A stretch of 64,000 bases of DNA. Source: Haliotis asinina (taxonomy: Eukaryota). Position 1 is the stretch's first letter, and every line of letters begins with the position of its first letter. Under the pieces are notes generated by a model, which saw only the letters and a program-made list of their open reading frames with translations, was not told the origin of the DNA and searched no databases. The DNA is taken from contig NC_090280.1 in NCBI RefSeq assembly GCF_037392515.1, positions 54,365,037 through 54,429,036 of the forward strand. Direction: 5' to 3'. This document shows, one piece after another, positions 1-12,423 of the stretch. The translations under genes and the position numbers were made by a program.

Positions 1-59
1 CAGCTCAATTACTTATTACATCAAAACTATCAACACCCAGTAATAAAAGTATTAACTGT

Positions 60-250
60 TATCTACCAGAGTTGATACATTTGTTATTGTCATTTGATAC
101 GTTTGATATCATCAGTTGATACAAGTGATATTGTCAGTTGATACATTTGATATCATCAGTTGATACAAGTGATGTTGTCCATTGAATCATATGATTTCAT
201 GAGTTCATACATTTTATATCATTAGTTGATATCAGTTAGATTCTCTGTTT
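60..250. repeat. Imperfect ~46-bp tandem repeat (cagttgatacatttgatatcat.. units)
   Basis: Direct repetition is visible by eye at 72-135 and 136-181, with further degenerate copies downstream. Confidence 0.5.
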
Positions 251-260
251 CCCTTTAAAG

Positions 261-367
261 GTTCCGTTCCGAGAGGCCCACTCCCTAGCTGGAGGCTGTG
301 TGGCTCTGGCGGAGAAGAAAGGTTGTGTCATGGAGAAGCTCCTCTTGGACGACCTCAAGACTGTCAG
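261..367 (+). CDS. ASL: Argininosuccinate lyase, penultimate coding exon (partial gene; upstream exons lie left of the window)
   Basis: The acceptor ctttaaag|GTTCCG sits at 259-260. Translation VPFREAHSLAGGCVALAEKKGCVMEKLLLDDLKTV matches the conserved C-terminal region of ASL (human ..[28 protein letters not shown]). The donor is AG|gtacaa at 368 (phase 2), and the frame matches ORF 300..527. Confidence 0.7.
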
Positions 368-1110
368 GTACAACAGTGTCAGCCATCCCAGAGGGTTGCA
401 CACTATATTAATTTGTGGAATCCTGTCATGTATTTGTTATGATATTTTGCAGAGGATTTGTCATTTTTGCATAACCAGTTTCATGAGGTATATCTATCAA
501 TGCCATTGGGAATTTCAAAAAGAATAATAAAGATTCATACTGCATTGATGTTTTTCCATGGATTTGGTTATGAGGAATCGGTTTAGCATGTTACATCGGT
601 GTTCAGTTAAAATTCATTTTCTGGTAAATTTATCAAAAATAGTTTATCAGGACATGTTTGGGGTGATGGGGTAGTCAGGGGTTAAATGTGTTCGTTCATA
701 ACACCATATGCCCAGGTTCAGTGTGTGGTTCTAGTGTGTGAAGCCAAATTGGTGTCCTCCAGGATGATATCTCTGGAATACTGCTTGTGTGAGGTCACTG
801 ATTTTGTATGTGATATGCAAGAAGGGGTCACTGGCTTTCTACGTTAATTTAAGGGGAGGTCAGTCACATTGTAAATGCTTCTGCATATAAATCATCGTCA
901 CCCCTCATGCCATACATTATGAACAGTCCCTGAAATGTAATATTCATCTTGATTATTATGCGTCTCAGCACCACAATTGTCCTGGAAAGTTTGTTTTAGG
1001 AAGAAAACATCTGGAACTTTGGTCACCTCACATTATCAAGATTATATTATTTTTTACTGTGTAAGCAATTTACAGACAATCCTACTTATTCAGTCATGTT
1101 TATTCGGCAG

Positions 1111-1255
1111 TCCTCTGTTCGAGAGTGATGTCGCAGATGTCTGGAACTACGAGAACTCAGTGGACCAGTATACCGCATACGGAGGCACCGCCAAGTCAAG
1201 TGTAGAGAAGCAGATCTCTAACCTGGAGACCTGGCTCCGTAACTGCCAACTTTAA
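1111..1255 (+). CDS. ASL: Argininosuccinate lyase, terminal coding exon with stop
   Basis: The acceptor ttattcggcag| sits at 1109-1110. Phase-2 AG plus T gives Ser, then PLFESDVADVWNYENSVDQYTAYGGTAKSSVEKQISNLETWLRNCQL and a TAA stop at 1253-1255. This matches the human ASL C-terminus (SPLFSGDVICVWDY.HSVEQYGALGGTARSSV). Confidence 0.7.
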
Positions 1256-1351
1256 ACATGGGTTCTTCTGTAAAAGACACGCTATAAACAGTGTCCAGTG
1301 AGAGCAGAGCAAGTAGATCTGTGGTGAAGGTTAAGATGTGCACTGTAGATG

Positions 1352-1495
1352 GCTTTGCCCTGAGTTCTCCACACCCTGGGAATAATACTTTGCCCTGAGT
1401 TCTCCACACCCTGGGAATAATTCTTTGCCCTGAGTTCTCCACACCCGGGGAATAATACTTTGCCTTCAGTTCTCCACTTCCTGGGAAGTGTGTTG
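1352..1495. repeat. 36-bp tandem repeat x4 in the ASL 3' flank/UTR (ctttgccctgagttctccacaccctgggaataata)
   Basis: Four near-identical head-to-tail units are seen directly in the sequence. Confidence 0.8.
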
Positions 1496-1914
1496 TACCT
1501 TGTGGTCTGTTATCTTCAGATCAGGTCGTAACTTTCAATTCTAGACTCAAAACGAAAAAGCTTAAATGAAAGTTTGTGATAAGAAAGAGAGAAAGAAAGC
1601 TTCACGTACTAATTGTAGTTAAATATTCATTTTGCACTGCTCTGCCTATATTATGTTCATGAGCCCAACGTCTTAAACTTTAGGATGTATCGTTCCATCC
1701 CACTATGTTCCTGTACTGAGAGAAACCTATACTTCTCTTACTTCTTTTCTCTCCCACCCATGTGTGGAACCCATTTAAGATGAGATAATGTTTTATTATC
1801 CCAATGGACATTCGATTTGGATGGTTAACATTGAAACACTTACAATAAAACAAAAGATACACATACATAAGACCCCCAAAACACCCATGCATATGTCAAA
1901 TAGTACTAAAACAC

Positions 1915-2160
1915 CAACCCATGCTTGCCATTAAAGGTGACTAGGCTTGTCGTAAGAGGCGACTAACGGGATCGGGTGGTCAGACTAGCTGACTTGGTTG
2001 ACACATGTCATCGGTTCCCCATTGCGCAGATCGATGCTCATGTTGTTGATCACTGGATTGTCTGGTCCAGACTCGATTATTTACAGACCGTCGCCATATA
2101 GCTGGAATATTGCTAAGTGCGACGTAAAACTAAACTCACTCACTCACTCACTAAAACAGC
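1915..2160 (+). mobile_element. SINE family B copy (head ..CATGCTTGCCATTAAAGG..GTTGACACATGTCATCGGTTCCC.., tail ..TTACAGACCG..GCTGGAATATTGCT..GTAAAACTAAACTCACTCACTCA)
   Basis: The shared consensus is present at more than 10 loci in the window in both orientations. It ends in the characteristic (CTCA)n-like tail. Confidence 0.75.
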
Positions 2161-2489
2161 TAGCAACAATGGCCAATATGTGAGGTAGAGATAAATGATG
2201 AATATATGATAACATATTCAAGATTCAGAGCTATATAATGACATTAAGATATTCACTCAGGAACATTAGCACTGAAAGTATATTAATGTAAGAGTTTCAA
2301 ACAATTGATAAAGTATAATAGAATTATTAACAAACATAAAAATAATTCTGGTGCAAAATAATTTCTGGTGTCCCCTGCCATGATATTGCTGGAATATTGA
2401 TAAAAGTGGCATTAAACCATACTCACCCACTTTCTTCATAGAAACGGAGGAGTCCACAACTAAACACTGACTGGAACAACTGGCGATTC

Positions 2490-2715
2490 CCTATCCAGGG
2501 TAGTCTTATAAACAAACTATGTTGGTTGCTGTTTACCGCTGTGCTCAGCAGTATTCCAGCTGTATGGTGGCGGCCTGTAGATAATCAAGTTTGGACCAGA
2601 CAATCAAGTGATCAACAGCATGAGCATTGATCTATGTAATTTGGATATGATGACGTCTCAACCAAGTCAGCAATCCTGACAACACGTCCTGTTAGTCTTA
2701 CAGATCTCTACAGGT
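2490..2715 (-). mobile_element. SINE family B copy, minus orientation
   Basis: The reverse complement matches the family-B consensus (ttgatcac..gtctggtccaaac..tacagg..agctggaatactgctgagcacagcggtaaac). Confidence 0.65.
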
Positions 2716-5589
2716 TCACAGACTATGTGACTAGGAAAACTCTAGTTGATTATTGCTGTTGTTTTATGCAGGTAAATAAAATGTGCTCTCTCGTATCAGT
2801 CAGACTAGTTTTGAAAAATTGTTGTCATTATTTGAAATGGCATTTTGTCAGGATGACTTGAAAACTTTGTCTTATAAAAGTGAATATCAGTACCTTGCCA
2901 CTGTTTTCATTGCAGGTGATTGTTATCTCAGCAGACTGAGAGCCAAAATTTATGAGGACCAAATAGGGTATTTCATTTACACTTATTCAGGACAAAGATA
3001 TTTTTTCAGTATTTTGTGATCAGTTTGATGATTTAATCAAATTTATTCAAATGTATATGCATAACGTTGATGTGTACTTGTGACTGTCTCATTAATGAAC
3101 TGTATAATTGGCTTAATATGTCATTGTATAATTGGTTTAATTTGTCATTATGTAAAGGTTTGTGCAGTCGAACTAAAACATGTGAAGGTTCTATCATCCA
3201 CAAGGATTTAACAAGGATTTGAAGTTTGTCATTAATATACTGAGGGAAACAAATAAGGGAACACCACTTCATTGGCAGTGTTCCTGTATTCTCATACTTC
3301 CTTCCACAGCACTATTCAAAGCTGGTGATGAACACTGGAAAATGTAAAAGTAATGCTTGAATTGTCCTGCAATCCTTTATTTGTTTCTCTCAGTATATTA
3401 CAAGACACACATGCTCAATGTTACCATTTTCACTGACATAGTAGTCTAGAAGTTAATGTGTCTGCCAGACCTGCTGAAGTTCTGAGTTTGCTTCCCTACA
3501 TGGTTACCATCTGTGAAAAGTCCAATGATATTTCTCGACATTGCAAAGAGAAAACTGTGAGCCCCTGCTCAATAATAAGTGTTATCATTAGATAAATTTG
3601 ACTTTATATGTATTAGGGCGCTTGGATTGACTTCAGGTTACTTGTATTTTATAGAAATATGAACCTGCACATGTAAATCGCAGTTATTTATAAAAAGTCA
3701 ATGGTTAGCAGTTATCTGTTATATCTGTTATAGCAAACCCATTTTCTTTTGTGATTTTTACCATGATTTTAAATGTGCATGTATTTTTATTGATCAATTT
3801 AGTTTTTGCCCATATGACAGTGATAATTTTAAATTGAATACGGTTATAAATACAACTGAATACAAAGTTCTTGGACGTTAAGCTGATACTAAAAAGCGAA
3901 ATGTTCAGTAGAAGTCAGTTACATTCTTAATATGTTTTACCAGTGTGCTAGTTTTGTATGCTATGAACACAATCATTCGTAGTGTATATTGTATATACTT
4001 TTAGTCACTTGTTTTAGCAGTGTCTCAAGAGTCTATATTATGGCTGGATGACATGTTTTATCTCAGTATTTGAAATGTTTCACTTGTAACATATGTGACA
4101 CTTAAATAGATATTTTTATCTGTTATAATATGGGGACATAATCATAACATTGTGCAAACAAAATACACATCAATTAATGCCAGAAAAGTGAACTGGTTGG
4201 TAATATCTGGATTTAGTAAACACAGCAATATGAAACATATTTTCTTAGAATTAGTTTGATGTTTGATGTTTCATTTTTTATAAATAATAATTAGTCTTCC
4301 AAGTCCATCATATGGCCTACATTTTCACTATTTAAACTTAAAGACTACAGTGATTTGTTTTACATGTACTTAATATACTGCGTTTGGTTTCACAGAAGTT
4401 AACATGAGCTAGTCACAAGGCACATACTTCCTGGAGATGTATAACATATATCCAGATCTGTTGTTTTGTTCATTTGTTCAAACAGCTTCCATTGATGTTG
4501 CTGCAATCATGATAGTGTTTGTTGTTAATTGAACACCCAGTGCATGCTTGTGATTTGTTGAAGGATTAAATGCATCTGATGTGTTTTTGTAATTAAATAT
4601 TAGTCATTTGCTTGATTATGTCGCTTGTTAAAGGATTAAATGTAAGCGTTTTGTTTAATGATTAAAGAGGTTAGATACTGTGGTTTGTGCACATACCTTA
4701 TGTGATGGGGTGTGACAGTAGGAGCACGTTATTATGTTATGCATTTATTTCCCTTTATCTTGCTTCATACTTCGTACGTCATGATATTTTGGCCACACAA
4801 GCATTTATCCAGAGGTAAACTTGTGCAAGAGTTATCTCCCCTTATCAAATTTATTTTGGATATGCTGTTTTGATTGGAGATAGTATTGATACCATCTGGT
4901 TGAATATATTTTTGTTTATTTTTGAATATTAGTCTTGTGTGACTTTACTATATGAACATTCCTGTTTAAAAAATCTTCTTATCATTAAACTTTTTTCATT
5001 GATGAATCAAATATTTTAATAGTTGAATGATTATATTCTTGTCTTGTTGAATGATTACATGTGACTTGCTTAATGATTAAATGTAAGCCATTTGTTTGAT
5101 TATTAAATGGTGGAATGATTTAAAACTTGCAATTTATTTTACTTTTTTTAAGCCAAGCAAGCTATATCTTCTCCATACTGGGAGTTGTGATTATTATTGT
5201 CACAAACTGCACACTTGAGGTGACAGCAGCTTCATGAAAGAGACTTGCAACACCAGGACTTGAAAATGGCACTGTGAAATTGCTGATCACAGGCTTTTTA
5301 CAACAAAAAGTATCTGTATTTTGGGATGATTGAAATAGTTTTTTTAGAACATGCATAACATGCATCTGTGTGCACGTTTTGTAGGTCCAGCAGCTGTATT
5401 ATATTCAGGTGAAAATAGTTTTAACAAACATTGGTTATTGGGATCTGATGTTCACAGCCCCTTGGAGTTTGTCCAAACATGGCTTTGAAATCCATTAGTT
5501 GTTTGTAGGTTGCATGACTTCAACCACTTGTTTGCATGGTGAGGAAGAGTTCGAGTGTTGCTTACACCCCAAAAATGTTCACACACCTA

Positions 5590-5935
5590 CTGGTCCTTCC
5601 TCACTTGGACACGTGAAGGTCCGGGGTAGAAAAGGCCTTCAGCAACCCATGCTTCTACCTAGGTCCCGGGGTAGAATAGGCCTTCAGCAACCCATGCTTC
5701 TACCCGTGAAGGTGCGGGGTAGAATAGGTCTTCAGCAGCCCATGCTTCTACCCGTGAAGGTCCCAGGGTAGAATAGGCCTTCAGCAGCCCATGCTTCTAC
5801 CCATGAAGGTCCCAGGGTAGAATAGGCCTTCAGCAGCCCATGCTTCTACCCGTGAAGGTCCCAGGGTAGAATACGCCTTCAGCAGCCCATGCTTCTACCC
5901 GTGAAGGTGCGGGTTAGAATAGGTCTTCAGCAACC
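5590..5935 (+). repeat. 49-bp tandem array (~7 units) derived from the 5' head of SINE family B (acccgtgaaggtcccagggtagaataggccttcagcagcccatgcttct)
   Basis: Unit starts at 5701, 5749, 5798, 5847 and 5896 give a period of 48-49 bp. The unit equals the SINE-B 5' terminus, and the array runs directly into a full SINE-B body at 5935. ORF 5499..5771 is an artefact of this array. Confidence 0.8.
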
Positions 5936-6150
5936 CATGCTTGCCATAAAAGGCGACTGTTAGAGGCGACTAACGGGATTGGATTGTCAGGTTTGCTGAC
6001 TTTGTTGACACATGTCATCGGTTCCCAATTGCGCAGATCGATGCTCATGCTGTTGATCAGTAGATTGTCTGGTCCAGACTATTATTTACAGACCGCCGCC
6101 ATATTGCTGTAATATTGCTGAGTGCGGCGTAAAACTAAACTCACTCACTC
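5935..6150 (+). mobile_element. SINE family B copy fused to the upstream 49-bp head array
   Basis: The sequence ..catgcttgccataaaaggcgact..gttgacacatgtcatcggttcccaattgcgcagatcgatgctcatgctgttgatcag..tttacagaccgccgccatattgctgtaatattgctgagtgcggcgtaaaactaaactcactcactc matches the family consensus. Confidence 0.8.
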
Positions 6151-7099
6151 GTTCCTCACATGACGTCACTGCGGTTCGCTGCAGGGCTCTGGCGACAGAG
6201 TTACGTAACCTGTCTGTTATTTCGTTGGCGGGCGAGAGTGTACCAGACGACTTTTGGGCAACTTTTAATCGCTGGGTTTTAATTGACCACAAGTTTTTAA
6301 AAGATGAAGTCCTTCATATGTAATGGTTAAGTAAACCCCAAAAGTTCATTCGTTTTTAACGATAATAGTGTGTGCTGCTCGTGTTCTGAAAGTCACACTC
6401 AATAATATTCTAGGTGTATGACTTCGTCCCGTCAGGGATACCCTACAACAGGGATAGGTCACTCGCTTGCTTTCTTTACCATTTGTACTAATTAACGTGT
6501 GCCTCCTCATGCTCCGACGCACACAGTGACTTGGCTCGTTCCCAGCGCAACTTAGTTGTGTTTAACAGAACTTCAGCCAGTTTATTGTATCAGTCGGCAT
6601 TTTACAATGAATGAACGAATGAATTCTAGTAAGAATTAAGAGCAAGAATTATGAGAATGAATGAAAGAAATAAAGAAAAAGAATAAAAGATAGAAGTACA
6701 TATGTGAATGGCGGATCAGAACAGATCGGCGAAATGTCATATTTTTCACACACCTCAATTATACCCTAACACTTTTGTAAGTCATAAAACTGTAACTATT
6801 ACCTGCAAATATCTTTCAACTAAAGGCATGGTTTCCTTCTAAAAATTGAATGAATGTGTGAAAGAACTTTTTATCGGCACAATTTAGTCTTCGCTATGCC
6901 TGACCTCTCGATTCACTTCTTTTGAACAGCATAAGTTCTTTACAGCCTCACCCTGTTTTCTCATAACATCAATATTAGGAATTCGTAGATAATGATCACA
7001 GATGTGTACAAAAATGAGGAGTATGCAGATCAGCGTCAAAATGTCCGTCATACAAAATCACATGTACATCCCGTTGTACAGAAATATAACTTACTTATG

Positions 7100-7620
7100 A
7101 CTATTGCCAACATTAACCTGGGGGGCGAACTGGCTAAAGCGCCAGGCTAGTGATCCAGCGAGGTTGAAATCGGGATCGAGCCCACCTGTGAACCGGTGTA
7201 AAACCTTGGCGTCAACTTTGTGTGCAGACTCTTTTCCGTGTTGTCACAACCCCTAGTGTACGGTTACCAGCCCTGTGCACTTAAAAGAACCCACGAATCC
7301 GTTGGTATATGGCCAGATGCTGGCCACGTGAGTACGTGCACACACCTAGTTGCGGGTACAGCAACGTGCAGTAAGTTGGACAAAGTACTGTGACTATGTG
7401 TCCCAGTCCACCCAGCAAGAGTTGTATACTCCCCAGGGAGTTGAGATTGATAATACGATTTGACGCTGAGGCGGGCATCTTACCTGGTCCAAATTTGATT
7501 AATGACAGATGATACAGCGATATATGCTGGAATGCTGCTGAGTGCCGAGTCACACAAATGATCGTGATGTTTAATACAAATATGATGAAGCGACGTAAAA
7601 TCTGGCTACTTTGCCCACAG
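7100..7620 (+). mobile_element. Diverged SINE/tail-related element (tail ..tgctggaatgctgctgagtgccgagtcac..gacgtaaaatctggctac)
   Basis: Only the 3' region resembles the shared SINE tail; the head is unrelated. Boundaries are uncertain. Confidence 0.3.
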
Positions 7621-8276
7621 GAACTCGTTCCTGCCATCTGTCAGTACACCCAAGCCGTACATGAGTCATTTGTTTTAACGCTATGTATAAGATACCGTAT
7701 CTAATTTACATTCAGAGAAAGTATGGAAATGTCAGGTTGGAAAATAGTTCATGTATTTCCTCCAGAATCTGTAAGCGGAGAATTGTGTTTCCATGGCGAC
7801 AAGAACAAGAGTCCACCTGTGTGAGCGGATTCCGAAATGACCCACATTACGTCGAACGATAAACCAGATAGCACATAAGTGATGCTCATTATGTACAATG
7901 TCGGCCAACCACGGTATCGTGGAACACGGCCGGGGATTGACATACAAGCTGGCGTTGTGTTCGTGTAAACATAGTTCAGAGCGGTGTGTTGAAGTGCTGA
8001 AACAGTTTTGTTGATTACAACACGACAGGATGTGGTTGCAGCGTGCCGTCAAACCATGCAATCTGCAGCTGTAATATCGCGCTTTGCCATTTATTTTAAT
8101 TAAATGGAGACTAGGCGTGAGCCATTTGGGAAGCCGAGCAAATCGGAATTAAGTCATTGAAAAACTGAAGAGATATACGTCGGTTTTATCTAGAATCTTA
8201 AGGTGCATGTCTATCTTAAAGTCAGTCGGTACTGAATAGTACACGAAAAAGTAAGTACAACGCAGATACATTGCCT

Positions 8277-8280
<4 letters not shown>

Positions 8281-8318
<38 letters not shown>

Positions 8319-8341
8319 GAGAGAGAGAGAGAGAGAGAGAA
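8281..8341. repeat. (GA)n microsatellite, ~30 units with one interruption
   Basis: A run of gagagaga.. is seen directly. Confidence 0.95.
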
Positions 8342-8689
8342 AGTATACGAGCCTGGACCGGAAACAAGTGATCAACATCATGGTCATCGCCGAACGTTAA
8401 GAGGATGCGATGACATGTATCAGCCTAGTCAGAGAGCCTGTCCACCTGACCCCGTTAGTCGCAACTTCCGATAAGCATGGGCTACTGAAGGGCAAGACCT
8501 TCACAGAGCGATCACGTTAGCGCTAACTGGAGCGGGTTCCAGCTCTATAGATCCCAAGGAAGGACATGCATGAGAGGGACCTATACTGACCGTAGTCACA
8601 ATGTATCATCATCGATAGTTATTAAACCCAGTCAGGGAATGTCTTGCAGGCTACACAGACAGAAATCACGTCACGATCCGCCACTGACA

Positions 8690-8965
8690 GGTAATGGGAG
8701 ATAAGCAAAATACAGCTAGGTATACCATAGCCTCAGCCTGGTTCCCAGGGGATGTTGAGCTTATACGCTTTCAACGACACTGGAAACGTGAGCGCAGTAG
8801 ACGCCGGGAAGCTGGCTTACCAGCCTTCTATCAGTGTCGTCCTTCTCTTTTTGACTCCTTGTCGAGCGACGGCTGAAGCCTACCTGACAGGTGTGTTTGC
8901 AGTCATATACGGCGTGTTGTTGGATATTGCTCACTGCGGCGTAAAACAACAAACACAACAAAACT
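8690..8965 (+). mobile_element. Diverged SINE-like element with the shared tail variant (..ggatattgctcactgcggcgtaaaacaacaaacac)
   Basis: Only the tail is similar to the shared SINE tail. ORFs 8694..8991 overlap it in several frames and are probably not genes. Confidence 0.3.
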
Positions 8966-9720
8966 TGCATTTATCGCTTGTCGAATACTAGTATAAAAGA
9001 TAGGAGATTCAGGAATCAGTCTGCTCTATTAATTCATTTAATTCATCAAACTGTGCCCACTCTCTCACTTAAGCGGCAATCCTGCAGCATTTGACATGCG
9101 ACAGTCTGTTACATGTGAGTATACCCAGCTAACGTCACACAACTGGACCAATACTGGCCCAATTAAGTCAGAAAAATCAGGCTTTCCGGAGCTGTGTCTG
9201 TACTATTTTGTACCATTTCGCTGGTTGAACTCGACCAGTACACGGCCGTAACGGATGCACATTGGTCCTCGCAGTACAGTTTGGCCGGCACTGGTCCGGT
9301 TAAGTTTAATACAGTGTTCCTACTATTTAAAACAAACTGATACCAAAACAAACTCTGGAAAAATAGAAGAAAACACAGATTTGTCCATATGAGTTTAATT
9401 CAAGAGACCAGATGGATTGAAAACACAATGCCTGGAACTCGGGTGTACTGACTTCTGATTTCTCGCGTCTTTCACGTGCCCGTTCCTATCCTGGAAAATA
9501 ACGTAATTTGCCATCACATCCATCAGCTACCTCATCCTCATCTTCAGTCTTACCTTAATCATCAACAGCAGCATCAGTAGCATCATAATAATAATCAAAA
9601 TCAACGTAGCATTACCACTGGGGAGACTGACAGATTTAGAAATTTCAGTCGTCCCATCTGGTCTTCTAGTTCAGTAGTTTTCTCCAGTGTGTGTGAATAA
9701 TCCATTCTATTTTGTTCAGG

Positions 9721-9888
9721 GGCGGTGGGGTAGCCTATTGGTTAAAGCGTTCGCTCGTCACACCGGAGACCCGGGTTCGATTCTCCACATGGGTACAATG
9801 TGTGAAGCCAATTTTCTGGTGTCCCCCGCCGTGATATTGCCCGAATATTGCTAAAAGCGGCGTAAAACTAAACTCACTCACTCACTCT
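9721..9888 (+). mobile_element. SINE family A copy (tRNA-derived head GGGGTAGCCTATTGGTTAAAGCG..GGGTTCGATTC.. plus shared tail ..ATATTGCTAAAAGCGGCGTAAAACTAAACTCACTCACTCA)
   Basis: The head is tRNA-like with A-box and B-box-like motifs (TGGTTAAAGC, GGTTCGATTC) and carries the conserved tail. The same architecture occurs at 12424, 14078, 17318, 34118 and 47712. Confidence 0.8.
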
Positions 9889-11124
9889 ATTTTGTTCTTG
9901 ATGTACCCGTGTATTGCTGTGTGCGGCGTGAAACTAAACTTTGATGGCAAGCCTGGGTTGCTGAAGGCCTATTCTACCCCGGGACCTTCACGGGTCCCCA
10001 CATGTGGTCCGGTACAGTTTTGTCTCGAAGGGGCCACTAACAGAAAACAAGCATTGGTCCAGTAATGGCTCTATACTGTTAGGACAGAACGATAGGCCCG
10101 TACTGGACCATTTATATGATGTTCCATGATTTGTATATAAAGCTATGTTATGCTTTCCCACCCTGTCATTCAACCCAGGGAGGGGGTACACAGCAGACCT
10201 AAAACCTTCGAATGCCATTTAGGGTGAGTGAGTGCATGTGTGTAGCTGTACACTGCTTTCCAGGCAGGGGCTGGGAACACCAGAAAGGGGACACCAGAAC
10301 GGGGACACCGGGAATGGACACATATAGGGAAGCCGAACCTTGGCATGGCCACGATGTGTATGTAAAATGCAAAAGCATGAAATCCTTCTTCTTAACACCC
10401 TGGCGCCATCTAGCTGGAATATTGCAGCGTAAAACCAGGGATACTCTATAACTCTATATAGGCTCCCTGGTAAAACTAAACCCAGTCACTCTTTACACAC
10501 AGATCTATGTTTAGTTGACACACACGTCAGCAGCAGCAGTGTATAGAAGATACAGTATCTGAATTTAAATCTGGAGGAGTTATAAAAGAAACCAAATGTG
10601 TTTTCTTTCTCCGTCAAACTTATCACTCGGCAAATGTGATTAAACATGAATGCCCTTCACTTCCGCTATGACGATATCGATAGCCGATTCGAATTACGCC
10701 AGGCAGATTATCGCGTGCTTGTTAATGCTTATATGACGGGATACTAAATATTTAAACACTAGGTTGTTAGTCTCATTACTTAACGACCTAGGCTTGACCT
10801 TCATGTTCAGCGTTGATGCTGCAGATTAGCTTGTCGGCCTGTTTCACATTTATTAGATTGTACCGTCTAGTCTTTGAATAAACACATTTTACATAAATAA
10901 AGTTTTACATTACATTGACAAAAAAAAGGATAAAAAGAAGCCCAGACACTTCCTTCATTTCCGAAACTGTGGTAATCTAGACTTGCCACACATTCTAGAC
11001 TTGAAAGGGCTAAATTGGGTATATTTGTTTCATTGTTTCACAGAATTTTTGGTTACAGCTCGGCTACCGAGAGCTGGCAGTCACACACGACTGTGTAGAT
11101 AGTCTCTGAATATATATAGGTTTG

Positions 11125-11272
11125 CTAGAAACAAACAATCCAATATTCCAGCAATATCACACCGGGCTACATCAGAAAAGGGCTTCACATATTGCACCCA
11201 CGTGGGAAATCGAACCCGGGCCCTCGACGATCGTTGTAACCACTAGGCTACCCGACTACCCCCTTTAGCTTT
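11125..11272 (-). mobile_element. SINE family A fragment (head region), minus orientation
   Basis: The reverse complement gives gggtagtcgggtagcctagtggttacaacgatcgtcgagggcccgggttcgatttcccacgtgggtgcaatatgtgaagccc.. Confidence 0.65.
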
Positions 11273-11934
11273 TCAGAACGGGCAGAAGGGAACATGCAGT
11301 TCAGCCACTGTGAGACGCTGAGGTAACATCTACCTTGCTCTACTATTGATTGTTGTTGACGCATATGTTCATTCTATATCACGGCGGTATGGACTTCATC
11401 GATATTGCCCAGTGGTTGATAGCATGAACACCGTTCATTGTGTACTAGAGAAATTTTGTGTTATGGATATTATATGATGTCATATAGATATGTCGACATT
11501 ACCATCAGCTATGATATCTTATGATATCTTATTACCCTTAGGATACATTTGTCGAAATTTGATTGGCTAATAGTCAAAGCATACGAAACCATGTAGGCGT
11601 ATTTGTCAGGATGAACCATATATCCTGTCAAAACTGTCACGCGTATACAATTATGAGTATAAACATTGAAATAAAATTGTTGCCGTAGGTTCTTGGGTTT
11701 TTTAGTCAAAATTGTATGCAAACAACAAAATGTTTTTGTGTTTTTTTTGTATTTCACGTGTCGTTTAACAAAACCTCAATAATTCTTATCTTAAAAAAAT
11801 ATAGTGATCCGAGATATCTCCCTTTATGACCGTTCAGGAAGCTACCATAGCAAAACATTTTGCTTTTCATTCTGCTGAATGTTGAATGTTGCTGTTTGTA
11901 GATAAGCTACTTTAGAAGAGCAATAAGTTCGTCA

Positions 11935-12115
11935 CACGGTGTTTTGAAAGGGCGTAGGGGACTGTAACAACTGATCCCAGTTGCGTAGATCGATGCTCTT
12001 GCAATTGATCACTGGATTGTCTGCTCCAGACTCTATTGTTTACAGACCGTCACCACGTACCTGGAATATTGCGGAGTGCAGCATGTAACTATATTCACTC
12101 ACACGCGCATACTTG
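11935..12115 (+). mobile_element. SINE family B copy (diverged)
   Basis: ..gatcccagttgcgtagatcgatgctcttgcaattgatcactggattgtctgctccagactctattgtttacagaccgtcaccacgtacctggaatattgcggagtgcagcatgtaactat.. Confidence 0.6.
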
Positions 12116-12423
12116 AGCCGATACTGGTCCATATGCGCTATATACTTTAAGATAGTGAGAGATCTACTTACAATAAAACATTGTGCAGAGAATCTTTCAT
12201 ACCTATATGAATACAAAGTTATTTACTTCGTGTATAGAAGTGTTTGACTCCACGCTGCACGAAGACCCTCGAGATGTCCCGGCCGATACAATATCATCGT
12301 TGAGGACACTGATTCAAAACGTCTGCTTCAAACAGTGTACTCATTTTGGGAATCGAACCTTGGTCATCGTTCATGACGAGCTAAAGATTTAACCACAAAG
12401 CTTCCCTGCGTCTACTCTCTTGC

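Noticed and set aside
5499-5771. 90-aa ORF with a repeating GLQQPMLLPVKVRGRI peptide
   Set aside because: It is encoded by the 49-bp tandem array derived from the SINE-B head, so it is a repeat artefact.
8694-8991. Three overlapping 60-79-aa ORFs on both strands
   Set aside because: They overlap one another in different frames within a diverged SINE-like or unique segment, and have no homology or splice signals.
9721-9800. tRNA-like sequences (also 12424, 14078, 34118, 47800 and the T-arm-like box in the 52.4-kb palindrome)
   Set aside because: They are heads of tRNA-derived SINEs followed by the conserved SINE body and tail. No intact cloverleaf with a proper anticodon arm was evident, so they are not called as tRNA genes.
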